In this document: positions 9,482-18,738 of the stretch, one piece after another
Numbering within the stretch: position 1 is the stretch's first letter
Layout of the letters: every line of letters begins with the position of its first letter
Notes under the pieces: model-generated
Databases searched by the model: none
Told to the model about the DNA's origin: nothing
Seen by the model: only the letters and a program-made list of their open reading frames with translations
NCBI GenBank assembly: GCA_964655225.1
Contig: CAZZMB010000007.1
Location: 15,351 to 64,407 of the forward strand
Direction of reading: 5' to 3'
Length of the DNA: 49,057 bases
DNA from: an uncultured Chitinophagales bacterium
GTDB taxonomy: Bacteria > Bacteroidota > Bacteroidia > Chitinophagales > UBA8649
Program-made: the position numbers and the translations under genes

Positions 9482-10875
9482 TAGTTTCTTTTCTGAATTT
9501 TAGCCATTAATTCTGCCTCAGTTACAACTTTGTCACCGACGAAGGCAGTTCCTTTCATTTCCATAATTCCTCTTCGCATTGGACCTAAAAGTTCCAACTT
9601 AAGAATCAGAGTATCTCCTGGTTTTACCATACTTTTAAATCGGCAATTACTAATTTTTAAGAAGTACGTATCATAATTACCCGGATCATCCATAGTATTC
9701 AATGCTAGAATACCTCCGGTTTGAGCCATTGCTTCGACTTGCAATACCCCAGGCATAACGGGGTTGCCAGGGAAATGCCCTTGAAAATATGGTTCATTAA
9801 AAGAGACATTTTTGATACCTACTACTTCCTTTTCTGACAAGCTAATAATCTTGTCAACTAACAAAAATGGAGCACGATGTGGCAACATTTTCTCAATGGC
9901 TATCAAATCGAATACAGGTTCTTTATTGGGGTCATAAGCTGGAACTTGGGGATTATGCCTAGCCTTTTTTACCAAAGCCTTTAATTTCTTTGCAAATTCA
10001 ATGTTGGTCTTGTGACCTGGCTTACTTGCAATAATATTTGCTCTTATAGGCGTTCCAATTAAGGCTAAATCTCCAATTACATCTAATAACTTATGCCTAG
10101 CCGGCTCATTAGGGTAACGCAATGTGACATTGTTTAAAATACCCTCTTTTTCTACCGCAACATCGGGTTTGTCAAAAATTACGCGCAGTTTTTCAAGTTC
10201 TTTCTCACTAACAGCCCGATCGACAACCACGATTGCATTATTTAAATCACCTCCTTTTATCAAATTCGCTTCAACCAAATACTCCAATTCATGTAAAAAG
10301 CAGAAGGTCCTTGCCTTCGAAAACTCTTGTTCAAAATCAGCAATATTATCAATGGAAGAATGCTGCTGGCCCAGAACCTTGGATTGATAATCAATTAATG
10401 CTGTAATTTTATAGTTTGAACTTGGCATTGCAAGCATCTCTGCGCCTTTTTCTTCATCCAAGTATTTAATGGTTTCTCTTAGCTCGTATATTTCTCTTTC
10501 TTCGGCTTGTTCTTCCAAACCAGCGACTAACAATACTTCAATAAATGGCGCTGAACTACCATCCATAATAGGTATTTCAATCCCATCCAATTCGATTAAT
10601 AAATTATCGATTTGAAGACCAAATATTCCTGCCATTAAATGTTCAACCGTAGCTACTTTAACCCCATTCTTCTCAAGAGTAGTTCCACGATCAACAGAGA
10701 CTACCAAGTCACAATCCGCAGGTATAACCGGCTGTTCAGGGCAATCTACGCGTTTGAATTTTATTCCAAAATTAGGTGCTGCAGGATGAAAGGTAAGCGT
10801 AACTGCCTCACCTGTATGCAAACCAACTCCACTTAACTGAGTTGATTTTTTTATAGTTTGTTGATATAAATTCAT
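9481..10875 (-). CDS. lpxC: Bifunctional LpxC deacetylase / FabZ dehydratase
   Basis: GVGLHTG, TVEHL and HKLLD (LpxC) fused to LPHRAPFLLVD, GHFP and EAMAQ (FabZ), the usual Bacteroidota fusion. Confidence 0.97.
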   Translation of the reverse strand: MNLYQQTIKKSTQLSGVGLHTGEAVTLTFHPAAPNFGIKFKRVDCPEQPVIPADCDLVVSVDRGTTLEKNGVKVATVEHLMAGIFGLQIDNLLIELDGIEIPIMDGSSAPFIEVLLVAGLEEQAEEREIYELRETIKYLDEEKGAEMLAMPSSNYKITALIDYQSKVLGQQHSSIDNIADFEQEFSKARTFCFLHELEYLVEANLIKGGDLNNAIVVVDRAVSEKELEKLRVIFDKPDVAVEKEGILNNVTLRYPNEPARHKLLDVIGDLALIGTPIRANIIASKPGHKTNIEFAKKLKALVKKARHNPQVPAYDPNKEPVFDLIAIEKMLPHRAPFLLVDKIISLSEKEVVGIKNVSFNEPYFQGHFPGNPVMPGVLQVEAMAQTGGILALNTMDDPGNYDTYFLKISNCRFKSMVKPGDTLILKLELLGPMRRGIMEMKGTAFVGDKVVTEAELMAKIQKRN

Positions 10876-11909
10876 TCTTTATTTTTAGACAAGATCTTTT
10901 CTAGTTTTTCTATTCTATCCATTAACTCCCCAATTTTTCGAGTGTAGGCAATGTTTTTATAATGTTGACGAAAGGGCTCTGCTGGTGATCCACTAATAGA
11001 TGCCCCTGGATTTTCAATTGATTTACTCACCCCACTTTGTGCATTGATTTTGACCCCATCTGCTATTTGTATGTGACCAACAAATCCAGCTTGACCGCCT
11101 ACCATTACATGCTTACCAAGCTTGGTGCTTCCTGAAACTCCTGCCTGAGCTGCTATAACACTGTGTGATCCGACCTCTACATTATGAGCTATTTGAACAA
11201 GATTATCAAGCTTAGCGCCATCCTTTATCCAAGTGCTACCAAGAGTAGCCCTATCAATGACCGTATTAGCTCCAATTTCTACATCATTTCCAATTTTAAC
11301 ATTACCCGTTTGGGGTACTTTTATAAAGGAACCATCCTTTTGAGGTGCAAAGCCGAAACCATCACTACCAATGACCGCTCCTGAGTGAATAATACATCGT
11401 TCGCCAAGTAGACTATCACGATGAATCATGACACCTGCAGAAATGGTGGAATTCTTTTCTATCACTACTGAATCTCCTAAATAGCAATTAGGATAAACTT
11501 TCACTCCCTCACCGACTGTGACATTCGAGCCAATGTATGAAAATGCGCCAATGTATGCGCTAGGATGGATATTTGCGGATTCATGAATGAAAGAAGGCTG
11601 CTCTATTCCCCTTTTATCATCATTAGTTTCGTTAGAAAATTTTTCTAGAAGAATGGCAAAGCTGTTGTACGGATCTTTAACCCTCAAAAAAGTTGTGCCA
11701 TTTTTGTTTTTAAGAAGTAAACTTTCCGAAACTACCAAAACACCAGCATGAGTTGTTTCTGCATAATGCTCATATTTCGGATTGGCAATAAAACAAAGAG
11801 AATTCTTATCTGCTTCTTCTATTTTAGCTAGTTTGTCAACTACAGCTTTAGAATTGCCTTCTATTTTGGCATCTAACAATATGGCAAGTTCTTGAGCAGT
11901 TACGTGCAT
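10872..11909 (-). CDS. lpxD: UDP-3-O-acylglucosamine N-acyltransferase
   Basis: GSDGFGF, IDRATLG and KLDNLVQIAHNV motifs. Confidence 0.97.
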   Translation of the reverse strand: MHVTAQELAILLDAKIEGNSKAVVDKLAKIEEADKNSLCFIANPKYEHYAETTHAGVLVVSESLLLKNKNGTTFLRVKDPYNSFAILLEKFSNETNDDKRGIEQPSFIHESANIHPSAYIGAFSYIGSNVTVGEGVKVYPNCYLGDSVVIEKNSTISAGVMIHRDSLLGERCIIHSGAVIGSDGFGFAPQKDGSFIKVPQTGNVKIGNDVEIGANTVIDRATLGSTWIKDGAKLDNLVQIAHNVEVGSHSVIAAQAGVSGSTKLGKHVMVGGQAGFVGHIQIADGVKINAQSGVSKSIENPGASISGSPAEPFRQHYKNIAYTRKIGELMDRIEKLEKILSKNKE

Positions 11910-11913
11910 TTCA

Positions 11914-11921
11914 CAAAAATA
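11914..11921 (-). promoter_or_regulatory. Internal -7 promoter element for lpxD
   Basis: TATTTTTG, 4 nt before ATG 11909. Confidence 0.6.
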
Positions 11922-11956
11922 ACAATTAATTCATTATTACGTGAATTTCAATTGAA

Positions 11957-13180
11957 CTAGTTCTTCTTGGGATAGCAGCAATAATACTTACTTACAGCTT
12001 TCTGCATGGCAAGAGAACTCCACTGGTCTGATGCGTCAGCAAAATCCTTCACCTTGCCGCCCTTCATTAGAATTTTAATTTTAGCATGCTTAGGGTTGTA
12101 GAGATAGCTGGTTATTTCCTGATTAATCAAAAGATATTCGGCATCTTTCTCAGAGACCCCAAAACGCTTAATTATATCATTTCTAATCGCTGAAATTTCC
12201 TCCTCCTTAAACTGATTATCCTGAAGTTTAATCTTGAATAAATTTCGATTAACCAAACACTTGGCCAAATGTGCCAGGATTTTATCCTCATGATTCATCC
12301 ATACTTTAATAGCTGCAAGAATATCAATATCATCTAAATCTGAATACCTTATTAAGGTACGTTCATCGGCTTCAAAATTGGATTGATTCACGTCATTTTG
12401 AATAAAAAACAGTAGTGCTTTTGAGCATTCTAATGCTATCCCTTGATTGACCAAGTATTTTGCCCTGAGAATAAGTTTAACCAACATTTCTTCTGCACAG
12501 ATAACTGTTTTATGTAAATAAACCTGCCAATACATGATTCTTCTTGAAATAAGAAATTTTTCTACAGAGTATATGCCTTTTGCTTCGACCACCATTTCAT
12601 TATCCACAACATCCATCATATCTATCAAACGATTGTAATTAATAACCCCTTCACTTACTCCGGTAAAAAAGCTATCTCTTGTGAGGTAATCTAAACGATC
12701 AACATCTAACTGCCCACTAATCAATTGGTATAAAAAACGCTTCGGATACTCATTCTTAAAAATCCGGATAGCAACATCCAATTGTCCATTGAAAATTGCA
12801 TTAAGTTTCGCCATAAACATCAGGGAAATTTTCTCATGAGCGAGGTCTTGAATTAAGGTGTTCTCAAGAGTGTGAGAAAATGGGCCATGTCCTATATCAT
12901 GCAAAAGTATAGCAATTTGAGCTCCACGCTCCTCTTCTTCCGTAATTTTTACCCCTTTTTGTTTTAAGGTAAATAAAGCTTTTCGCATCAGGTGATACGC
13001 ACCCAAGGCATGGTGAAATCGAGTATGATTTGCTCCAGGATACACAAAATCAGTTAAGCCCAATTGCTTAATTCGCTTTAGGCGCTGGAAGAAAGGATGC
13101 TCAATGATTTGATAAATCAAAGGATCATTAACGGCAATAAAACCATGAACAGGGTCATTGATTACTTTTTGCTTCATCAT
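11957..13180 (-). CDS. HD-domain phosphohydrolase (SAMHD1/dNTP triphosphohydrolase-like)
   Basis: DPVHG, FQRLKRIKQLG, HTRFHHALG, LLHDIGHGPFSH, DVDRLDYL and VYLHK motifs. Confidence 0.92.
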   Translation of the reverse strand: MMKQKVINDPVHGFIAVNDPLIYQIIEHPFFQRLKRIKQLGLTDFVYPGANHTRFHHALGAYHLMRKALFTLKQKGVKITEEEERGAQIAILLHDIGHGPFSHTLENTLIQDLAHEKISLMFMAKLNAIFNGQLDVAIRIFKNEYPKRFLYQLISGQLDVDRLDYLTRDSFFTGVSEGVINYNRLIDMMDVVDNEMVVEAKGIYSVEKFLISRRIMYWQVYLHKTVICAEEMLVKLILRAKYLVNQGIALECSKALLFFIQNDVNQSNFEADERTLIRYSDLDDIDILAAIKVWMNHEDKILAHLAKCLVNRNLFKIKLQDNQFKEEEISAIRNDIIKRFGVSEKDAEYLLINQEITSYLYNPKHAKIKILMKGGKVKDFADASDQWSSLAMQKAVSKYYCCYPKKN

Positions 13181-13185
13181 ATATG

Positions 13186-13193
13186 CAAATATA
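13186..13193 (-). promoter_or_regulatory. -7 promoter element of the HD-lpx operon
   Basis: TATATTTG, 5 nt before ATG 13180. Confidence 0.6.
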
Positions 13194-13284
13194 AGTTTTT
13201 ACAACAAAAACAATGACACTTTTACATGTAATAACTGATACCTTAGTTTTCATTATTTGTTGTATTTTCACACAAACTTAAGTC

Positions 13285-14832
13285 ATGAAAAAGCTTCTAT
13301 TTTTTTTAATCTTATCGGCTAATAATATGTATGCACAGCAGCAAATACATAAATGCTATACGACTGAGTATATTCAAATATTGGAGCAAAAAACTCCCGA
13401 CTTCAAGAATAATGTTCATACATTATTTAACGCAGCAAAAGTTCATAGTGAAAAATTTCATGAGCACAAATCAATAAATGCGGCACCCGATACTGTTTTT
13501 CGAATTCCTGTTGTTTTTCATGTAGTTTTTAATGGAAGTAATCAAAATACAAACTACGCATTGTTACAAAGTCAGCTTGATGTTTTAAATGAAGATTTTC
13601 GCCGATTAAATGGAGACACTAGCAATACAAGAGCCATTTTTAAGAATAGAGCGAGTGATGTTGGCTTCGAGTTCTTTTTTGCGACTATCGATCCTGAAGG
13701 CAACCCAAGCAATGGAGTGACAAGGACTTCAACGTCCACGACCTTTAGTTTTTTCAATCTAGATGCGATGAAATCCTCTTCTTCGGGAGGTAAAGATGCC
13801 TGGAATACAGACAAATATTTAAATATTTGGGTTTGTGATTTAGGTGGAGCAATCTTAGGTTTTGCTTATCCACCATCAAATGCTCCAAATTGGCCTGCAG
13901 GTCAAAGTGCAGGCAACGCAAGTGAAGAAGGCGTAGTCTTGCATTATGAGATTATCGGAAGAAACAACCCGTTAGCTTCAGGTCAACTCTCTATAGCTGA
14001 TCGAGGTAGAACGGCAGTGCATGAAGTTGGTCATTATTGGGGCTTACGGCATATTTGGGGAGATAGTGGAAATCCATTTTTAGGAACACCTGATTGTAAC
14101 ATAACACAGGATGATGGATTTTTGGATACTCCTCATATGGGTAACAATTCACAGCAAGCAGGATGTAGCTTCAATAAGAACTCTTGCACCAATGGAGAAA
14201 CACCAGATGAACCAGATATGGTAGAAAATTATATGGATTATTCTACTGAGTCCTGCCAAAATATGTTCACCCAACAACAAGCGGGCTTAATGAGAAGTAT
14301 GGCTGTAATTGGTCGCCCTAACGTAGTTCACATTATTCAAGACGAACAGTTCAACTTAGATACAGGGGATTGGATAGTGGTGAATGGAACAGATACCTTT
14401 CAAATCGTAGCAGGTGTTACGATCGACCTACAGGCTGGAGATGAAGTCATGTTTCTTAATGAGAATAATGGGTTTAGCTATACCGTAACGGACGCAAGTG
14501 CTTCTATTGTGGCCTCAGCAACAGCAAGTGCTACTGAGAGTGGAACGATTAGCTTCTCTTCTAGCCCGACAAGCAACAAAGATCTTGTCAGCGCGCACTT
14601 TTCTATTTTCCCTAATCCAAGCAAGGATGTTTTCAATATTCAACATCAATTCGCAGGCAATCAGCTTTTTATGAGCTTGTATAATCAAGTGGGTAAGTTA
14701 ATCATCAATGAGCCAATTACAGATGAAAATGTTCAGTTTGATATTACCGAGCTTCCCAACGGTGTCTACTTTATACAGATTAGAAATAATTCTTCACTGC
14801 TTAGTGTTTCGAAACTAAGTGTAATGAAATAA
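13285..14832 (+). CDS. M43 (pappalysin/ulilysin-like) zinc metalloprotease with T9SS C-terminal domain
   Basis: Signal peptide, IPVVFHV, HEVGHYWGLRH zinc motif, ENYMDY Met-turn, FPNP...GVYFI C-terminal domain. Confidence 0.93.
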   Translation: MKKLLFFLILSANNMYAQQQIHKCYTTEYIQILEQKTPDFKNNVHTLFNAAKVHSEKFHEHKSINAAPDTVFRIPVVFHVVFNGSNQNTNYALLQSQLDVLNEDFRRLNGDTSNTRAIFKNRASDVGFEFFFATIDPEGNPSNGVTRTSTSTTFSFFNLDAMKSSSSGGKDAWNTDKYLNIWVCDLGGAILGFAYPPSNAPNWPAGQSAGNASEEGVVLHYEIIGRNNPLASGQLSIADRGRTAVHEVGHYWGLRHIWGDSGNPFLGTPDCNITQDDGFLDTPHMGNNSQQAGCSFNKNSCTNGETPDEPDMVENYMDYSTESCQNMFTQQQAGLMRSMAVIGRPNVVHIIQDEQFNLDTGDWIVVNGTDTFQIVAGVTIDLQAGDEVMFLNENNGFSYTVTDASASIVASATASATESGTISFSSSPTSNKDLVSAHFSIFPNPSKDVFNIQHQFAGNQLFMSLYNQVGKLIINEPITDENVQFDITELPNGVYFIQIRNNSSLLSVSKLSVMK

Positions 14833-14843
14833 AAAAATAAAAA

Positions 14844-15389
14844 ATGATGAAAGTCTTAGCATTCGCAGGAAGCAATAGTAAAGCCTCAATAAATAAACAG
14901 TTAGTCGAGTATGCCGCTTCCCTCTTCGAGGTTGAAAAGGTCGAGCTCTTAGATATCAATGACTTTGAAATGACCATATTTGGGATAGACAAGGAAACTG
15001 AGCAGGGAATACCTGATTTAGCTTATACCTTTGCTGATAAAATTACTCATACGGATATCATACTCATCTCACTAGCTGAACACAATGGCGCATATTCTGC
15101 TGCATTTAAAAATATATTCGATTGGATTTCTCGAATACCAAAGCAATCCGTTTTCCAAGATAAAGGTGTTTTCATCATGGCGACATCAACTGGAGCAAGA
15201 GGTGGTGCAGGTGTTCTTGAAATGGCAAAGAGTCGTTTTCCATGGAATGGAGGGAAAGTTTTAGCTACCTTCTCCCTTCCTAGCTTTGAGGAAACATTTC
15301 AACCCGGTATTGGCATTATCAATAAAACTTTAAAGGAAGAGCTCATACAAAAAATTGCAAAAATTAAGTTAGATTTTTCTGCAGAATAA
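14844..15389 (+). CDS. NAD(P)H-dependent FMN reductase family protein
   Basis: AFAGSNSKASIN, AEHNG-x-Y-x3-KN and ATSTGARGG motifs. Confidence 0.9.
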   Translation: MMKVLAFAGSNSKASINKQLVEYAASLFEVEKVELLDINDFEMTIFGIDKETEQGIPDLAYTFADKITHTDIILISLAEHNGAYSAAFKNIFDWISRIPKQSVFQDKGVFIMATSTGARGGAGVLEMAKSRFPWNGGKVLATFSLPSFEETFQPGIGIINKTLKEELIQKIAKIKLDFSAE

Positions 15390-15461
15390 GCAGTTTTCAA
15401 TTTTAACTCAATTTAAGTCTCACTCTCTAAAATAAATAGGTGTTTAAGAAGTTTAATATCT

Positions 15462-15485
15462 GTAAACTAGAAGATTCTAGCTTAC
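15462..15485. promoter_or_regulatory. 24-bp imperfect palindrome upstream of porX (candidate operator)
   Basis: GTAAACTAGAA-GA-TTCTAGCTTAC, 10 of 11 arm positions complementary. Confidence 0.4.
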
Positions 15486-15524
15486 TAATTGGCGGTCTAA
15501 AATGTCTGTTAAAAAATAAAAAAT

Positions 15525-17078
15525 ATGTCAAAAATTAGAATCCTTTGGGCTGATGATGAAATTGATTTGCTGAAGCCACAAATTATGTTCCTTGAAAATA
15601 AAGGTTATGAAATTATACCAGTGACTAATGGTCAAGATGCCATTGATAAGGTGAAAGAGGAAGAAGTGGATGTAGTATTTCTCGATGAATCAATGCCTGG
15701 TTTAACCGGACTTGAGACCCTCCCTAAAATAAAAGAAATCCAGCAACACCTTCCCGTGGTCATGATAACCAAAAATGAAGAAGAGGACTTGATGGAGGAA
15801 GCTATTGGCTCTCAAATTACAGACTATCTAATTAAGCCTGTAAAATCTCAGCAAATACTACTTACCTTAAAAAAAATAGTAGACAATAAACGATTAGTGA
15901 AAGAAAAGACTCAATCGAATTATCAGCAAGAATTTCAACGACTTTTCATGCGAATGCAAGACCATTTAGATTATAACGAATGGGCAGATTTATATAAGAA
16001 ATTGGTATTTTGGGAATTGGAATTAGAAAAATCTAACACCTACGAAATGGCAGAAATTTTGGCATCGCAGAAAACAGAAGCCAATCGAGAATTTTGTAAG
16101 TATGTAAGTAAAAACTATTTAGACTGGTTCAGTGAAGATGAAGACAAGCCCCTTCTTTCCCACAATCTGTTTAAAGAGCGAGTCTTTGATTTATTAAAAG
16201 AAGATAAACCTACATACTTTATCCTTATCGACAATTTACGATATGACCAATGGAAAATACTCGAACCTTCCTTATTGGACAATTTTAAAGTGCAAAATGA
16301 GGAAATGTTTTACAGCATCTTACCAACAGCTACTCAGTATGCAAGAAATGCAATTTTTAGTGGACTAACGCCGCTTCAAATTCAAGAGCACTACCCCAAT
16401 TATTGGAAAAATGATGAAGAGGATGGAGGTAAAAACTTATACGAGGCAGAACTAGTTAAAGCGCTTATTAAAAGAAACTTCAAAGATGATTTAAAAGTTT
16501 CATATACTAAAGTAACCAACTTTGAAAAAGGAAAAGATTTAGAAGATAAAATTTTAAATGGGATGAATAATCGCTTGAATGTCATAGTATATAACTTTGT
16601 CGATACCATTTCACATGCAAAAACAGAGATGGATATGATTAAAGAATTAGCAAGTGATGACAGTGCCTACCGTTCTTTGACCTTGAGCTGGTTTGAACAC
16701 TCCCCTCTACAAAATGCCATTCAGAAACTAGCCAATAAAGACGTAAATATTGTGATTACAACTGATCACGGAACAAAGTTAGTTTCCCATCCTTCAAAAT
16801 GTATTGGAGACAGAGATACAACATCTAACATCCGATATAAAACTGGTAAAAGCTTAGCATTTGATGCGCGGGATGTATTCGAAATTAAGAACCCTAAAGA
16901 TGCTCAACTCCCCTCTTCTCGATTAAGTTCAAGTTATATCTTTGCAAAAGATGACAATTACCTAATTTATCAAAACAACTATAACAAGTTTGCCACATAC
17001 TTTAAAGACACCTTTCAACATGGCGGACTTTCTCTAGAAGAAATGATCATTCCATTTGTTGTTTTAAAAAGCAAATAG
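15525..17078 (+). CDS. porX: T9SS response regulator PorX (receiver + PglZ/alkaline-phosphatase-like domain)
   Basis: ILWADDEIDLLKP and LDESMPG receiver motifs; IDNLRYDQW, SILPTATQYARN, TTDHG and TFQHGG; followed by tsaE. Confidence 0.93.
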   Translation: MSKIRILWADDEIDLLKPQIMFLENKGYEIIPVTNGQDAIDKVKEEEVDVVFLDESMPGLTGLETLPKIKEIQQHLPVVMITKNEEEDLMEEAIGSQITDYLIKPVKSQQILLTLKKIVDNKRLVKEKTQSNYQQEFQRLFMRMQDHLDYNEWADLYKKLVFWELELEKSNTYEMAEILASQKTEANREFCKYVSKNYLDWFSEDEDKPLLSHNLFKERVFDLLKEDKPTYFILIDNLRYDQWKILEPSLLDNFKVQNEEMFYSILPTATQYARNAIFSGLTPLQIQEHYPNYWKNDEEDGGKNLYEAELVKALIKRNFKDDLKVSYTKVTNFEKGKDLEDKILNGMNNRLNVIVYNFVDTISHAKTEMDMIKELASDDSAYRSLTLSWFEHSPLQNAIQKLANKDVNIVITTDHGTKLVSHPSKCIGDRDTTSNIRYKTGKSLAFDARDVFEIKNPKDAQLPSSRLSSSYIFAKDDNYLIYQNNYNKFATYFKDTFQHGGLSLEEMIIPFVVLKSK

Positions 17079-17080
17079 TC

Positions 17081-17494
17081 ATGGAATACACTATTCACAG
17101 TTTAGATGATTTAAACCTACTTGCAAAGCAGTTAATTATTCAAATTAAACAAGAAAGAGTTATCCTGTTTGAGGGTGAAATGGGAGCAGGAAAAACCAGC
17201 TTAATTAAAGCCATTTGCAAAGAAATTGGCTATACTAAAGATGTAACTAGCCCTACATACTCTATTGTTAATGAATACTCTAATAACAATATTCTAATCT
17301 ATCACTTTGACTTATTCCGCTTACAAAACTTAGAAGAGGTATTGGATATTGGATTTGAAGAATATTTAGACAGTACGGCAATCTGTTTAGTGGAATGGCC
17401 CAGCAAAGCAATGGACCTAATAGCCCATGGCATGAAGATTCAAATCAAGAAAATAGATGTAAATAGCAGAAAAATTAGTACTTTTAAGTTTTAG
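17081..17494 (+). CDS. tsaE: tRNA t6A37 biosynthesis ATPase
   Basis: GEMGAGKT, SPTYSIVNEY, HFDLFRL and VEWP motifs. Confidence 0.96.
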   Translation: MEYTIHSLDDLNLLAKQLIIQIKQERVILFEGEMGAGKTSLIKAICKEIGYTKDVTSPTYSIVNEYSNNNILIYHFDLFRLQNLEEVLDIGFEEYLDSTAICLVEWPSKAMDLIAHGMKIQIKKIDVNSRKISTFKF

Positions 17495-17511
17495 CTAAGT
17501 TCTATTTATTT

Positions 17512-18735
17512 ATGTCTACCCAGGAAAAAAAATTTGAAGGAATTACCAAGAAACTTGGTTTATTGCCGCAAGAACAAATTGCTTTAGCTGAAACAAAGGA
17601 CGGTAAATTGTTTATTGGCCTGCCCAAAGAACGAACCTATGAAGAAAAAAGAATTGGATTAACGCCAGATGCCGTAGAGGTTCTTATCGCTAATGGGCAT
17701 CAAGTAATTGTCGAGCATGATGCAGGAAAAGCTTGCGGTTTTTTCGATTACATGTATTCTGAAGCAGGAGCAGAAATCACCAAAAATACTGAAGAAGTTT
17801 TCAAAGCAAATATTGTTATTAAAGTTGCTCCACCTACTCTTTTTGAAATTGAGTTGATGCAGCCTGGACATCATCTTATATCTCCGATACATATGCCGAG
17901 CATTACAAAAGAGTATCTGTATGCCCTAATGAAGAAAAAAATTAATGCTATTGCTTATGAATTCCTCAGAGATGAGTCAGGCAATTATCCTTTTGTAAGC
18001 GCAATGAGTGAAATAGCAGGTTCTAATGCTGTTTTAATAGGCGCAGAGCTCTTGAGCAATGCCCACAACGGCAAGGGATTAATTCTAGGAGGTATCTCGG
18101 GAGTGCCTCCATCAAAAGTAGTAATTATTGGTGCAGGAGTGGTTGGAACTTTTGCTTCCCGCGCTGCTATTGGTCTTGGAGCGCAAGTATCAATTTTTGA
18201 CAATGATGTGCACCGATTAAGTGATTTACAGAATAATATTGGCCAAAGAGTATTTAACTCAGTAATTACCCCAGAAGTACTTAAAAGGGAATTAGAACAA
18301 GCGGACTTGCTGATTGGAGCAATCCACAGCAAAACGGGAAGAACTCCCGTAATTGTTTCAGAAGAAATGATTTCAAGCATGAAAGCAGGCTCTGTGGTTA
18401 TTGATGTAAGCATTGATCAAGGTGGTTGTTTTGAAACAAGTGAAATGACAACGCTTAAGAAACCTACATTTGTCAAGCATGAAGTGATTCATTATTGTGT
18501 ACCAAACATACCTTCAAGAGTTTCTCAAACCGCAAGTTATGCATTTAGCCATCTACTCACGCCTATATTGTTTAAAGCACATGAGCATGGCGGAATGGAA
18601 AGTTGGGTGCGAATGGATAGAGGGACATGTCTGGGCTTATACACTTACAATGGCCATTTAACTCAGCGAAATTTATCTCAAATTTTTGATATTAAATTTA
18701 CCAATTTGGATTTGATATTTAGCGCAGGGATTTAA
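17512..18735 (+). CDS. Alanine dehydrogenase-like protein (AlaDH/PNT family)
   Basis: PKE-x3-EKRIGLTP, MSEIAG, GAGVVG, DVSIDQGGCFET and HYCVPNIP motifs; canonical KVKEP reads KVAPP. Confidence 0.85.
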   Translation: MSTQEKKFEGITKKLGLLPQEQIALAETKDGKLFIGLPKERTYEEKRIGLTPDAVEVLIANGHQVIVEHDAGKACGFFDYMYSEAGAEITKNTEEVFKANIVIKVAPPTLFEIELMQPGHHLISPIHMPSITKEYLYALMKKKINAIAYEFLRDESGNYPFVSAMSEIAGSNAVLIGAELLSNAHNGKGLILGGISGVPPSKVVIIGAGVVGTFASRAAIGLGAQVSIFDNDVHRLSDLQNNIGQRVFNSVITPEVLKRELEQADLLIGAIHSKTGRTPVIVSEEMISSMKAGSVVIDVSIDQGGCFETSEMTTLKKPTFVKHEVIHYCVPNIPSRVSQTASYAFSHLLTPILFKAHEHGGMESWVRMDRGTCLGLYTYNGHLTQRNLSQIFDIKFTNLDLIFSAGI

Positions 18736-18738
18736 CTG

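Noticed and set aside
9481-10875. LpxC-FabZ fusion as a novelty
   Set aside because: Well-known standard arrangement in Bacteroidota
11957-13180. HD protein as an antiphage dGTPase
   Set aside because: It heads the housekeeping lpx operon with no defence-island context
15525-17078. PglZ domain as a sign of a BREX defence system
   Set aside because: It has an N-terminal receiver domain and porX-tsaE context; no brxC, pglX or brxL nearby
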